A stretch of 64,000 nucleotides of DNA from a virus. Below are positions 51,163 to 60,427 of this stretch, in pieces; within the stretch, counting starts at the first letter, position 1; each line of letters opens with the position of its first letter. Below the pieces are notes generated by a model that saw nothing but the letters and a program-made list of their open reading frames with translations, was not told the DNA's origin and did not search any database. The position numbers and the translations under genes are program-made. The stretch lies in the IMG/VR virus record IMGVR_UViG_3300009370_000018, positions 4,396 to 68,395 of that record. The stretch is one strand, 5' to 3'.

Positions 51163-52233
51163 ATGAGGCTTGGTAACCTTGGTATAAGATTAACAAATCC
51201 TGGATTGCCAGTTATTGTGGCCGAAGAAGAAGATGATGGCCGCACAGCCATCATCTTGAATGCCCAACACACAGATTTTGGAGGGGATAGTTCAGGAATC
51301 TATCACACCGGAGAAAATAAGCATCTCAATCTAGCTTTTCCTAGAGATTTTTTGCTTTCAAGCAAATTAGATGACCACTTAGACGGATCAGATGTATTTA
51401 CTACAGCTAATGTAGACCTTACTATTGTAGTTCCGGCAGGAAATACATTTACTTCAAATACAGCATTAGACTTTGGTGAGTTTGGGAAATCGGGTGTGGC
51501 GCCCACCCCAGCGCGTAATACACAAGGATGTATTGTCATTGATCTTCAGACGAGTAGTATATCTACTGCCTCTGCAAATACAATGAATGTGACTATCGAT
51601 AATTCTGGGACCTTGTATGCTCCTGGAGGTTCTGGAGGAAAAGGAGGAGGTGTTAAATCCGGTGTCTTCGGTGGTGGCGGTGGTGGAGGTCAAGGAGGCC
51701 ATTTGACTCCTTCGGATACATGGGATAATACTGCCGCTGATAATAAAGGAGGTCAAGGCGGCTCGCCGCACTCTTCTTCTAATGCCCCGGATGCTGATGG
51801 TGATCCCGGAACTGCCGCGGCACCTGGTGCCGGAGGTGATTGGGGCGGCAGCGGAGCAGGTGGTTATACCGGTACCTCAGGAGCCTATGGAGGTTCGGTT
51901 GTGCAAATTGCCGCAAAATCCGGCACTACAGAAGTAGATGGATTTCACATTAATATGATCAATCGAACAGGTGGAGTAATGATAGGTGGCGGCGGCGGTG
52001 GTAGCGGAGGAACTGGAGCAGATGGCCAGGTAGGCGGCGCAAATGGGGTATATTTAGGAGAATATACATCTGGATCCTACGCCGGTCTAGGGGGAAGAGT
52101 TATTCAATGGAATGTTCCGGCCGCCTGGGGCGGAGATAACGTTGGAAACCAGCCTACTAATTCTACGAACACAATTATAAATATGGGTGCGACCGGAAGT
52201 GTAATGGGATATGATGGAACCTTTGATCCATGA
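51163..52233 (+). CDS. Putative head spike fibre with gp38-like glycine-rich adhesin domain
   Basis: Follows the spike base; N-terminal MRLGNLGIRL recalls the LGLGL anchor of Rcc01080; IDNSGTLYAPGGSGG, INRTGGVMIGGGGGGSGG. Confidence 0.6.
   Translation: MRLGNLGIRLTNPGLPVIVAEEEDDGRTAIILNAQHTDFGGDSSGIYHTGENKHLNLAFPRDFLLSSKLDDHLDGSDVFTTANVDLTIVVPAGNTFTSNTALDFGEFGKSGVAPTPARNTQGCIVIDLQTSSISTASANTMNVTIDNSGTLYAPGGSGGKGGGVKSGVFGGGGGGGQGGHLTPSDTWDNTAADNKGGQGGSPHSSSNAPDADGDPGTAAAPGAGGDWGGSGAGGYTGTSGAYGGSVVQIAAKSGTTEVDGFHINMINRTGGVMIGGGGGGSGGTGADGQVGGANGVYLGEYTSGSYAGLGGRVIQWNVPAAWGGDNVGNQPTNSTNTIINMGATGSVMGYDGTFDP
52176..52183 (+). promoter_or_regulatory. Possible late promoter within the 3' end of a CDS
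   Basis: Exact TATAAATA ~70 nt upstream of 52254. Confidence 0.45.
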
Positions 52234-52253
52234 TCATCTGGAGCAATAGATAA

Positions 52254-52520
52254 ATGGCAATAAAAACAGAAATTGTTTCTATGAATACTGATAACCGGTC
52301 GTGTGTTATTCGGGTATATGATGACCCAGAAATATCATCTTTGGCACTAGAGGATAATCTTATAATTGATAGAGTAAATATAGGCCTTGAATTAAATCCA
52401 GATGGATCTGCAAATACGACATGGATAAAAGAACGAGTAAAAGATAAAGTTTTTTATAATAGAAATTATAAACCCATAACGTATTCTAATACAATTTCTT
52501 TCAACGTGATTGGAGACTAA
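52254..52520 (+). CDS. Hypothetical protein, paralogue of 48839-49093
   Basis: NIGLELNPDGSANTTWIKERV; RBS ggag. Confidence 0.75.
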   Translation: MAIKTEIVSMNTDNRSCVIRVYDDPEISSLALEDNLIIDRVNIGLELNPDGSANTTWIKERVKDKVFYNRNYKPITYSNTISFNVIGD

Positions 52521-52527
52521 AAAAATT

Positions 52528-53031
52528 ATGGCGAACATAAAAACGACATTTGATCCAAAAAGTTTGGTGATTGCAAATATATTAACAGCAGGCGAAACAA
52601 TTGTTCATGACTGGTCGATTGATGAGATGTATCAAATTGTGGTTACAAAAGGACTTGTTTCTATTAATGGGATTACAATGTCGGTGCCTATAGCAGGGGC
52701 CACCTATAGTGCAATTTCAGTTAATGATGTTCCGCCAAATACTACGCTCTCAGTAGAGGCTATTACAGATGCTTCTTTTTTGATCTTGCTCAGATCGGAT
52801 AATGAATCTGTCGTCAATCAGTTATTACCCGGAGACGGAAACGTTTCATCATACTATGAATATATGAGAGATTTTCTTCCTTCTTGGCACAGTCAGGGTT
52901 TTCCGCCTAATCCACCAGACACCATTACAGATGATATAGACGACACAACCTACCCTGGCTGGCATATTTCTGGTACTTTGACAATATCCACGGATCGTCT
53001 AAAGACCTTGATTCTAGAGGGTTGGGTTTAA
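52528..53031 (+). CDS. Hypothetical protein, possibly cupin-like
   Basis: ATG 52528 with ggag upstream (ORF track starts at 52510); pattern IVVTKGLVSING..DVPPNTTLSVEAITDASFL. Confidence 0.6.
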   Translation: MANIKTTFDPKSLVIANILTAGETIVHDWSIDEMYQIVVTKGLVSINGITMSVPIAGATYSAISVNDVPPNTTLSVEAITDASFLILLRSDNESVVNQLLPGDGNVSSYYEYMRDFLPSWHSQGFPPNPPDTITDDIDDTTYPGWHISGTLTISTDRLKTLILEGWV

Positions 53032-53034
53032 GGT

Positions 53035-53520
53035 ATGAGAAATATTACATTGGTATCTACTAAAGACCATTTTCTTTTTATTATTACATGCGAATTTGAA
53101 CAAGAGGAGTTATGGATTGGAGAAGTAGAATCATGCATTGGGTTTTCACCTACTGGATCTATGAATAGTTTTTTCGGAAATGACACTATAGGATGGACAC
53201 CATGGACAGCCAATTCAATTGTAGATTCGCCGTTTCTTCATTCTTCCCCAATAAACACTAATCTTGGTGGAGTTGCCTCTAGCAATAACACTACATGTTT
53301 TACAGTTATGGCAAAAGAAAATGCATTTGCTGGTGTGATGGAAGAACAAACTACTACATTAGCAAATACGACAGAACGAGAAATGGTCGAACAAGATTCG
53401 GAGTCTGTATTTGTTATTATGGAGCAATGTCACTTTACTTCTCTTCGTGACGTTGATACTTTTGCACTAATACCAGATCCAGTAAATCCTATTACCGTAG
53501 ACGATGTAGAAATTATATAA
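53035..53520 (+). CDS. Hypothetical protein, paralogue of 49090-49581
   Basis: STKDHFL..IGFSPTGS..GGVAS..QC..RDVDTFAL. Confidence 0.75.
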   Translation: MRNITLVSTKDHFLFIITCEFEQEELWIGEVESCIGFSPTGSMNSFFGNDTIGWTPWTANSIVDSPFLHSSPINTNLGGVASSNNTTCFTVMAKENAFAGVMEEQTTTLANTTEREMVEQDSESVFVIMEQCHFTSLRDVDTFALIPDPVNPITVDDVEII

Positions 53521-53523
53521 ATA
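53516..53523 (+). promoter_or_regulatory. T4-type late promoter
   Basis: Exact TATAAATA just upstream of gp13. Confidence 0.8.
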
Positions 53524-53562
53524 GGGGTAGGTAGATTATAGAAAAAGGGGTTTTAAGTAAAA

Positions 53563-54375
53563 ATGCCTAAACCATCGACTAGAGAAGAACTAAAGACATA
53601 TTGTCTGAGAAAACTTGGTCATCCAGTTATTGACATCAATGTAGACGACCTTCAGGTAGAGGATCGTGTAGACGATGCACTACAGTTTTTCCAAGAATAT
53701 CATTTTGATGCAGTCGAAAAGGTATACGAAAAACATCAAATAACACAGACCGATATAGATAATCAGTATATTAGTGTGCCTTCTGTTGGTTGGTCAAATA
53801 CTTCGGGAGGGTCTATTTCTGAAGATCAATTGCCAGATACTTCTGATTCGTATATAGGAATCACAAAGATTTTTAGGCCCACTAGCTCTACGATTGGTAT
53901 GTGGGACATTAGATACCAAATGAGATTGAGCGATCTGACGACTTTTGGTACCTATCTGGGAGGGTATCAATTATTGACATATGAAATGAGAATGAAAAAT
54001 ATTTCTCTCATTGAAGAGTTATTAACGGGCCAAGTTCCAGTTAGATTTAGTAAAAATATGAATAAATTATACGTTGATTGGGATTGGAAAAATGATGCTC
54101 AGCTTGGAGAGTTTCTTATTATCGAAGCCTTTAAGATAATTGATCCGGCCAATTATACTGATGTGTATAATGATCATTTTCTAAAACAGTATTTGACATC
54201 ATTAGTAAAAGAGCAATGGGGAATGAATCTTAGTAAATATGATGGAGTTCAATTGCCAGGAGGTGTAACTCTAAACGGAAGAGCTATTCTGGAAGATGCC
54301 AGGACGGAATTAGAAAGACTACGAGAAGAAATGTCACTCAAATATGAGCTTCCTGTTGATATGATGATGGCTTAG
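53563..54375 (+). CDS. gp13: Neck protein gp13
   Basis: STREELKTYCLRKLGHPVIDINVDD..QWGMNLSKYDGVQLPGGVTLNG. Confidence 0.95.
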   Translation: MPKPSTREELKTYCLRKLGHPVIDINVDDLQVEDRVDDALQFFQEYHFDAVEKVYEKHQITQTDIDNQYISVPSVGWSNTSGGSISEDQLPDTSDSYIGITKIFRPTSSTIGMWDIRYQMRLSDLTTFGTYLGGYQLLTYEMRMKNISLIEELLTGQVPVRFSKNMNKLYVDWDWKNDAQLGEFLIIEAFKIIDPANYTDVYNDHFLKQYLTSLVKEQWGMNLSKYDGVQLPGGVTLNGRAILEDARTELERLREEMSLKYELPVDMMMA

Positions 54376-54389
54376 GGAGGGAAGCTATA

Positions 54390-55085
54390 ATGCCTACTAA
54401 TCTCTACATTAATAATTTTGAAAACGTCCAAGAACAAAATCTATTAAACGATTTAGTCGAAGAGTCTATTAGGTTTTACGGAATTGATGTCTATTGGATG
54501 CCTAGATCTCTTGTAGTTGAAGATAGGATATATGGGGAGGATCTTTTTTCACAGTTTAATCATGCCTATGTAATTGAAATGTATGTTAAAAATGTAGAGG
54601 GATTTGAAGGGGAAGGTGATTTCCTTTCTAGGTTTGGATTAGAGATTCGCGATCAAATTACATTTACAGTTTCGCAAAGAAGATTTGACAGTATGGTTTC
54701 TGGATATTCAACACTTCCTGCAACACAAGCCGACTATTCCAGACCAAGAGAAGGCGATTTGATATATTTCCCATTGAATAAAAAGATTTTTGAGATAAAG
54801 TTTGTAGAACACGAAGAAAGATTTTATCCGTTGGGAACATTGCCTGTATATGATTTAAAATGTGAATTGTTTGTCTATGGTAGTGAGAAGATTGATACTG
54901 GTATTTCAGAGGTTGATAAACTCGAAACAGACTTTACATATGCCAACACTGATGTTGATAGCACGACAAATGAAGCTACTGCGATAGAGACTTTTAGAAA
55001 CCCTGAAGATGACAATATTTCTATCGAGAACGCGGCCGATAATATTCTTGATTTTAGCGACGGCAATCCGTTTGGTAATTTCTGA
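54390..55085 (+). CDS. gp14: Neck protein gp14
   Basis: EQNLLNDLVEESIRFYG, FLSRFGLEIRD, RPREGDLIYFP, FEIKFVEHE, NPFG. Confidence 0.95.
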   Translation: MPTNLYINNFENVQEQNLLNDLVEESIRFYGIDVYWMPRSLVVEDRIYGEDLFSQFNHAYVIEMYVKNVEGFEGEGDFLSRFGLEIRDQITFTVSQRRFDSMVSGYSTLPATQADYSRPREGDLIYFPLNKKIFEIKFVEHEERFYPLGTLPVYDLKCELFVYGSEKIDTGISEVDKLETDFTYANTDVDSTTNEATAIETFRNPEDDNISIENAADNILDFSDGNPFGNF

Positions 55086-56269
55086 TGTTAGGTGTAACAT
55101 ATGGCCACGGAATATTAAGAGACTATGTTGTTGCCTTTGGAACAATATTTAATAATGTTTCTGTAATTAGAGAAGATCCTAATAGTGTTCAAGCTACAAG
55201 ATACCTTCGGGTTCCTCTTTCTTATGCTCCTCAAGAAAGATTTTTGGCTAGATTGACACAAGATCCAAATTTGACAAGACAGCCTGCGATTGTTCTTCCC
55301 CGTATGAGTTTTGAGATGACTACTATGAATTATGCAGGGGAACGTAAACTAAGTACCGTTAACAAGTTTAGAAAATATACTAATTCTTCAAATGCGACTC
55401 ATCTGTCATCGGTTTTTTCTCCAGTTCCATATGACATAGGATTTTCTTTACATATCTATTCAAGAAATACCGAAGATGCATCTAATATTGTGGAGCAGAT
55501 TCTTCCCTTCTTTACTCCAGAGTTTACTGTATCTATTGCAAGTATGACAAGTTTGGGGATACAGTCCGATGCTCCTATTGTTCTAAATGGTATAAGTAAA
55601 GAGGATAACTATGAAGGAGGGTTTGAGGAACGACGAATATTGGTATGGACGCTAGATTTTACACTAAAGGGTTATCTGTATGGACCAGTAAAGGAAGGCG
55701 GAGGGCTAATCAAGAAGGCTTATATAGAATTTTACACTCCGTCACAATATTCAGTCGAGACTGCAACTGCCAGGTCTACTAATACTACTGCGATCAATCA
55801 AATTAGGTTGGCTAATACTGCCTCTATTGTAGGCGACTTCTATAATGGAGCAACTATAAACATCACTTCAGGAACAGCAAAGGGAGTTTTTGGAACAGAA
55901 AGAAAAGTTGTTGGATATGATGCGTCTTCACAGACTGCAAACGTTTCACCTGCGTTTAGTACAATACCAGACGCCACATCAGTTTATAAACTTTCGTTCA
56001 ATATTCCAGACGGTGAATATGATGCGGGGGATATTAGCCAAGGAGCACAAAATGCATCCAAGTTGGCTTCTAGAGTTTATCTACAGCCTGGGTTAACATC
56101 GAATGGTTTACCAACTTCAAATAGTTGGAGCAGCAATGCCAGTCCATATATTCCGTCAATAGCAGTAGATCTTATTGATGCTAATGATGATTGGGGAATA
56201 ATCGAGACAACCACATTCTTTGATGATGGAAGAAGAAGAAATTTGACAACAGGAGATGATGAATATTAA
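55085..56269 (+). CDS. gp15: Tail sheath stabiliser/terminator gp15 with an inserted domain
   Basis: VVAFGTIFN, VPLSYAP, LPRMSFE, PVPYDI, VEQILPFFTP, WTLDFTLKGYLYGP. Confidence 0.93.
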   Translation: MLGVTYGHGILRDYVVAFGTIFNNVSVIREDPNSVQATRYLRVPLSYAPQERFLARLTQDPNLTRQPAIVLPRMSFEMTTMNYAGERKLSTVNKFRKYTNSSNATHLSSVFSPVPYDIGFSLHIYSRNTEDASNIVEQILPFFTPEFTVSIASMTSLGIQSDAPIVLNGISKEDNYEGGFEERRILVWTLDFTLKGYLYGPVKEGGGLIKKAYIEFYTPSQYSVETATARSTNTTAINQIRLANTASIVGDFYNGATINITSGTAKGVFGTERKVVGYDASSQTANVSPAFSTIPDATSVYKLSFNIPDGEYDAGDISQGAQNASKLASRVYLQPGLTSNGLPTSNSWSSNASPYIPSIAVDLIDANDDWGIIETTTFFDDGRRRNLTTGDDEY

Positions 56270-56639
56270 AATGGCAGAACAAGAATTGGAAATAGTGGAA
56301 GACTTTACTGAGAAGGCAAACGCCGATGTAGACCAAGACTATAATTACACACGAGACAATCTCAAAGAAATTATCACAAAGGGTTCATCTGCACTTGATG
56401 GAATATTAGAACTAGCCCAAGAGAGTGAGCATCCAAGAGCCTATGAGGTTGTGGGGCAAATCATCAAGAACATGGTAGAGGCTAATCAGCAGTTGATCGA
56501 ACTACAAAAGAGTATGAAGACATTGAAAAAGAAAGAGAATGCCAACCCAAGAACAATCAAAAACGCTCTCTTTGTAGGAAGTACACATGAACTCCAGAAA
56601 CTTCTTAAAGGAGATAAACTAGATGGCGCAGACGAGTAG
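56256..56639 (+). CDS. gp16: Terminase small subunit gp16
   Basis: DYNYTRDNL..ESEHPRAYEV..NALFVGSTHELQKLLK; start could be 56271. Confidence 0.93.
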   Translation: MMNIKMAEQELEIVEDFTEKANADVDQDYNYTRDNLKEIITKGSSALDGILELAQESEHPRAYEVVGQIIKNMVEANQQLIELQKSMKTLKKKENANPRTIKNALFVGSTHELQKLLKGDKLDGADE

Positions 56640-58275
56640 TAATGACGCCTATCTAGGCAATCCTTTACTAAAGGGAACAAATGCTCCACATGAATTCACA
56701 AAAGAAGAAGTTGAGGAGTATGTAAAGTGTTCAAAGGATCCTATATATTTCATTGAAAATTTTATCAAAATTGTCAATGTGGACCAAGGTATTATTCCTT
56801 TTGATTTGTATGACTTTCAAAAAAAGATTGTCAATACAGTCCACAGCAACAGATTTACGATTGCAAAGCTCCCGAGACAGTCCGGAAAGACGACCACGGT
56901 TATTGCCTACTTCTTGCATTTCATTTTGTTCAATGAGAATGTCAATATTGCCATCCTTGCAAATAAGGGGTCGTTGGCCCGAGAGATTCTAGGCAGACTG
57001 CAACTGGCCTATGAGAATCTTCCTAAGTTCCTACAACAAGGAATCAAGATTTGGAATCGTGGGGACATGCAGCTAGAGAACGGTTCTAAGATTGTTGCTG
57101 CTGCAACCTCATCTAGTGCAATTCGTGGTGGGTCGTTTAACATGATTCTGTTAGACGAGTTTGCCTTTGTGCCTCGAAATATTGCAGACGAGTTCTTTAG
57201 TTCTGTCTATCCTACAATTTCTTCTGGTGAGTCCACAAAGGTCATTATTGTCAGCACACCTTATGGTATGAATCATTTCTATAAACTCTGGTGTGATGCC
57301 GAAGAAAAGAAGAATGACTATGTACCAATCGAGGTTCATTGGAGAGAAGTACCAGGGCGTGACGATAAGTGGCGCGATGAAACGATTAGAAATACGAGCA
57401 AGGAGCAGTTTGCCCAAGAATTTGAGTGTGATTTTGTTGGATCAATAAACACACTCATCAGCGCAGCCAAGTTAAAGACAATGCCATTCAAAGAACCTGT
57501 CGAAGTCAGACAACACTTGGACATCTATGAACAACCGAAAGATGGAAAGGCCTATGTCATTGTTGTCGATGTATCACATGGCGAAGAGTTGGACTATTCT
57601 GCATTTTCTGTCATCGACTCATCGCAAATACCATATAAACAGGTGGCCAAGTACAGAAGTAACTCGATTGCCCCTATGTTGTATCCCAGTATCATTCATG
57701 ACGTGGCCAAAAAATATAATAATGCCTATGTCTTTATCGAAATAAATGACATCGGGCAGCAAGTGGCCGATATTATGCACTATGAACTAGAGTATGAGAA
57801 CATGTTAATGGTCACGCAAAGAGGTCGAGCCGGCCAATGCCTTGGAGGGGGATTTGGTGCCGGGCAGTCGCAGTTGGGAATAAAGACGACACAGAAGGTA
57901 AAGCAGGTGGGGTGTCTCAATCTCAAGAACGCAATCGAGGATGATAAGCTGCTCATTGAGGATTTTGATACTATATCGGAATTAACCTCTTTCATCTCAA
58001 AAGGATATTCCTATGAGGCCGATGCAGGATACAATGATGACTTGGTTATGACGCTGGTTCTTTTTGCATGGCTGACAACCCAGCCTTACTTTACCGAGAT
58101 GACCAATCTCGATCTGCGTCGAAAGATGTTAGAAGAAAAGGCTTCTCTTGAGATGGAAAACATGCTTCCCTTTGGAATCATAGACGACGGAATGTATATG
58201 GTAGAGGATAGCTTTGTCGATAATAGCGGAACTCTATGGCAGACAGTAAAACCCTTGAAGGATGACTTCTATTAG
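56623..58275 (+). CDS. gp17: Terminase large subunit gp17
   Basis: YLGNPLLK, PRQSGKTT (Walker A), LLDEFAF (Walker B), STPYGMNHFY, DDLVM. Confidence 0.97.
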   Translation: MAQTSSNDAYLGNPLLKGTNAPHEFTKEEVEEYVKCSKDPIYFIENFIKIVNVDQGIIPFDLYDFQKKIVNTVHSNRFTIAKLPRQSGKTTTVIAYFLHFILFNENVNIAILANKGSLAREILGRLQLAYENLPKFLQQGIKIWNRGDMQLENGSKIVAAATSSSAIRGGSFNMILLDEFAFVPRNIADEFFSSVYPTISSGESTKVIIVSTPYGMNHFYKLWCDAEEKKNDYVPIEVHWREVPGRDDKWRDETIRNTSKEQFAQEFECDFVGSINTLISAAKLKTMPFKEPVEVRQHLDIYEQPKDGKAYVIVVDVSHGEELDYSAFSVIDSSQIPYKQVAKYRSNSIAPMLYPSIIHDVAKKYNNAYVFIEINDIGQQVADIMHYELEYENMLMVTQRGRAGQCLGGGFGAGQSQLGIKTTQKVKQVGCLNLKNAIEDDKLLIEDFDTISELTSFISKGYSYEADAGYNDDLVMTLVLFAWLTTQPYFTEMTNLDLRRKMLEEKASLEMENMLPFGIIDDGMYMVEDSFVDNSGTLWQTVKPLKDDFY

Positions 58276-58304
58276 AAGAATATTGTACTCAAATCTTGCT
58301 ATTT

Positions 58305-58312
58305 TATAAATA
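58305..58312 (+). promoter_or_regulatory. T4-type late promoter
   Basis: Exact TATAAATA in the gap before gp18. Confidence 0.85.
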
Positions 58313-58373
58313 TCAGCAGAAGTGCAAAATATACTTTTGATATACAATATTTTTTACTACAAGGAGTTTTAAA

Positions 58374-60380
58374 ATGCCATTTCAAGTTTCACCAGGCGTA
58401 AGCGTTAGAGAAATTGACTTGACTACCACTATTCCCTCTGTTTCTACTACAGACGGAGGTACTGTAATCGATGCCCAATGGGGCCCGGCTGAAGTAGTCA
58501 TGCTGGTTTCAAGTGAACAAGATTTAATCAGTTTATTTGGACGCCCTACTTCAAATTCACAGGACACGACTCAGGAGTCATGGTTATCAGCGGCTCAGTT
58601 TTTGAAGTATAGCAATAAATTAAGAGTTGTCAGAGCAAATAATAGCTCAAATAATGCAGCTTCTGGAGCAGATGCTCCCAAAATCAATCACCATAACCAG
58701 TTTAATGAATCGTATGCAAAGAAAGCTGGTGTTAAATGGGTGGCTAGGTATCCTGGGGTTTTAGGAAATTCATTAAAAGTTTCTATGGCTACGGGTGCGG
58801 CTGCATATTCAAATGCCGCTGCAAATTATGCAAATGCTTCCTATAAGGGTGGGCCAATAGTTACAGGACAAACTTCATTTAATTTTGGTGGCGACTATGC
58901 TACTGCTTCGGCTATGGATAAGGGAGCAATTAAGGTGGGTGATATTATTTCATTCCCGGCACAAACTTATCCTAGCCAAACATATAGAGTTACGGCACTT
59001 GCCGCAGGGCCTGATAACTACGGGAATACTGTAACTGTTTTCCCTGGCCTTGTTGAAAATATTACAGACACGGCTGCAATCAAGAGAGAATGGGAATATG
59101 CAAGATATTTTGATGCCGCACCCACTACAACAACTTGGGGCAAAGGATTCAATGTAGACGGCGTGAACAATGTGGTTGCGGATGCTCTACATATTGCTAT
59201 TGTAGATGAAGACGGGGGAATCACGGGCACTAAAGATACGGTTCTTGAACTTCATACAGGACTCTCAAAAGCCAAGAACGCAACAGATCCAGAAACAGGA
59301 AGAAGACTTTATTATGCAGATTCGATTAATGAAAGGTCTGCCTGGGTTTACTGGGGCGATACTGTCCATCCTGGTGGAAATACTACCGAATGGGGAACGA
59401 CAGTCAATGCGGCCGCTGTAGAATTTGGGATCGAGCCCAATTCAAATGCAGAATCGTTAACTGGAGCATCTTCAGGATCTGCCACCGATGGTGGTAAGAA
59501 ACTTGCCTATGACTTGTATCGAAATACAGAGGATATTGATCTTTCTGTTATCTTTACTGGTGATGCAAGCGCAACAGTTTCTAAGCATGTTATTGAAAAT
59601 ATTGCAGAGGCGCGAAAGGATTGTATTGTATGTGTCTCGCCTGAAAGGGCCGATGTTGTTCCTACTGGATACAACAGCGTCGAACAAGTTCTTGGTAATG
59701 TATTAGATTGGAGAAACAATGTGCTTGGTGTCAGTAGTTCTTATGCAATGGCCGATAGCGGTTGGAAGTATATCCATGATAAGTATACCGATGCATTCCG
59801 TTGGATTCCATTGAACGCTGACGTAGCTGGTTGTATTGTCCGGACAGACACCGAACGTGATCCATGGTTCTCGCCTGCTGGTTATAATCGAGGGCAGATT
59901 AAGAATGTTGTCAAGTTAGCCTGGAGTCCAAATAAGGCTCAAAGAGATGATCTCTATAGGGCTGAAGTTAATCCTGTGGTAACATTCCCAGGTAGAGGAA
60001 CAGTTTTGTTTGGCGATAAAACTCTCTATGGCAGAAATAGCGCATTTGATCGAGTTAATGTGCGAAGATTGTTTATTGTTTTGGAGAAGGCAATCTCAAC
60101 GGCTGCTAAGTTCTTGCTCTTTGAGTTCAACGATGAATTTACGCGAGCACAATTCCGAAATATGGTTGAACCATTCCTTCGAGATATTAAGGGACGTAGA
60201 GGCATTACAGACTTCAAGGTCATTTGCGATGATTCAAACAATCCAGGAAGTGTAATCGATAGAAACGAGTTTGTTGGTGATATTTACATTAAGCCTGCTC
60301 GTTCAATCAATTACATCCAACTGAACTTTGTTGCTGCTTCGACAGGTGTCGAATTTAGTGAAATTGTAGGAGCAATTTAA
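58374..60380 (+). CDS. gp18: Tail sheath protein gp18
   Basis: SPGVSVREID, WGP, PWFSPAG..RG, FGDKT, SAFDRVNVRRLF, IKPARSINYIQLNFVA. Confidence 0.97.
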   Translation: MPFQVSPGVSVREIDLTTTIPSVSTTDGGTVIDAQWGPAEVVMLVSSEQDLISLFGRPTSNSQDTTQESWLSAAQFLKYSNKLRVVRANNSSNNAASGADAPKINHHNQFNESYAKKAGVKWVARYPGVLGNSLKVSMATGAAAYSNAAANYANASYKGGPIVTGQTSFNFGGDYATASAMDKGAIKVGDIISFPAQTYPSQTYRVTALAAGPDNYGNTVTVFPGLVENITDTAAIKREWEYARYFDAAPTTTTWGKGFNVDGVNNVVADALHIAIVDEDGGITGTKDTVLELHTGLSKAKNATDPETGRRLYYADSINERSAWVYWGDTVHPGGNTTEWGTTVNAAAVEFGIEPNSNAESLTGASSGSATDGGKKLAYDLYRNTEDIDLSVIFTGDASATVSKHVIENIAEARKDCIVCVSPERADVVPTGYNSVEQVLGNVLDWRNNVLGVSSSYAMADSGWKYIHDKYTDAFRWIPLNADVAGCIVRTDTERDPWFSPAGYNRGQIKNVVKLAWSPNKAQRDDLYRAEVNPVVTFPGRGTVLFGDKTLYGRNSAFDRVNVRRLFIVLEKAISTAAKFLLFEFNDEFTRAQFRNMVEPFLRDIKGRRGITDFKVICDDSNNPGSVIDRNEFVGDIYIKPARSINYIQLNFVAASTGVEFSEIVGAI

Positions 60381-60427
60381 GTACAAGGCATAAATACTAC
60401 TACAGATAGTAGAAAAGGAGACACAAA

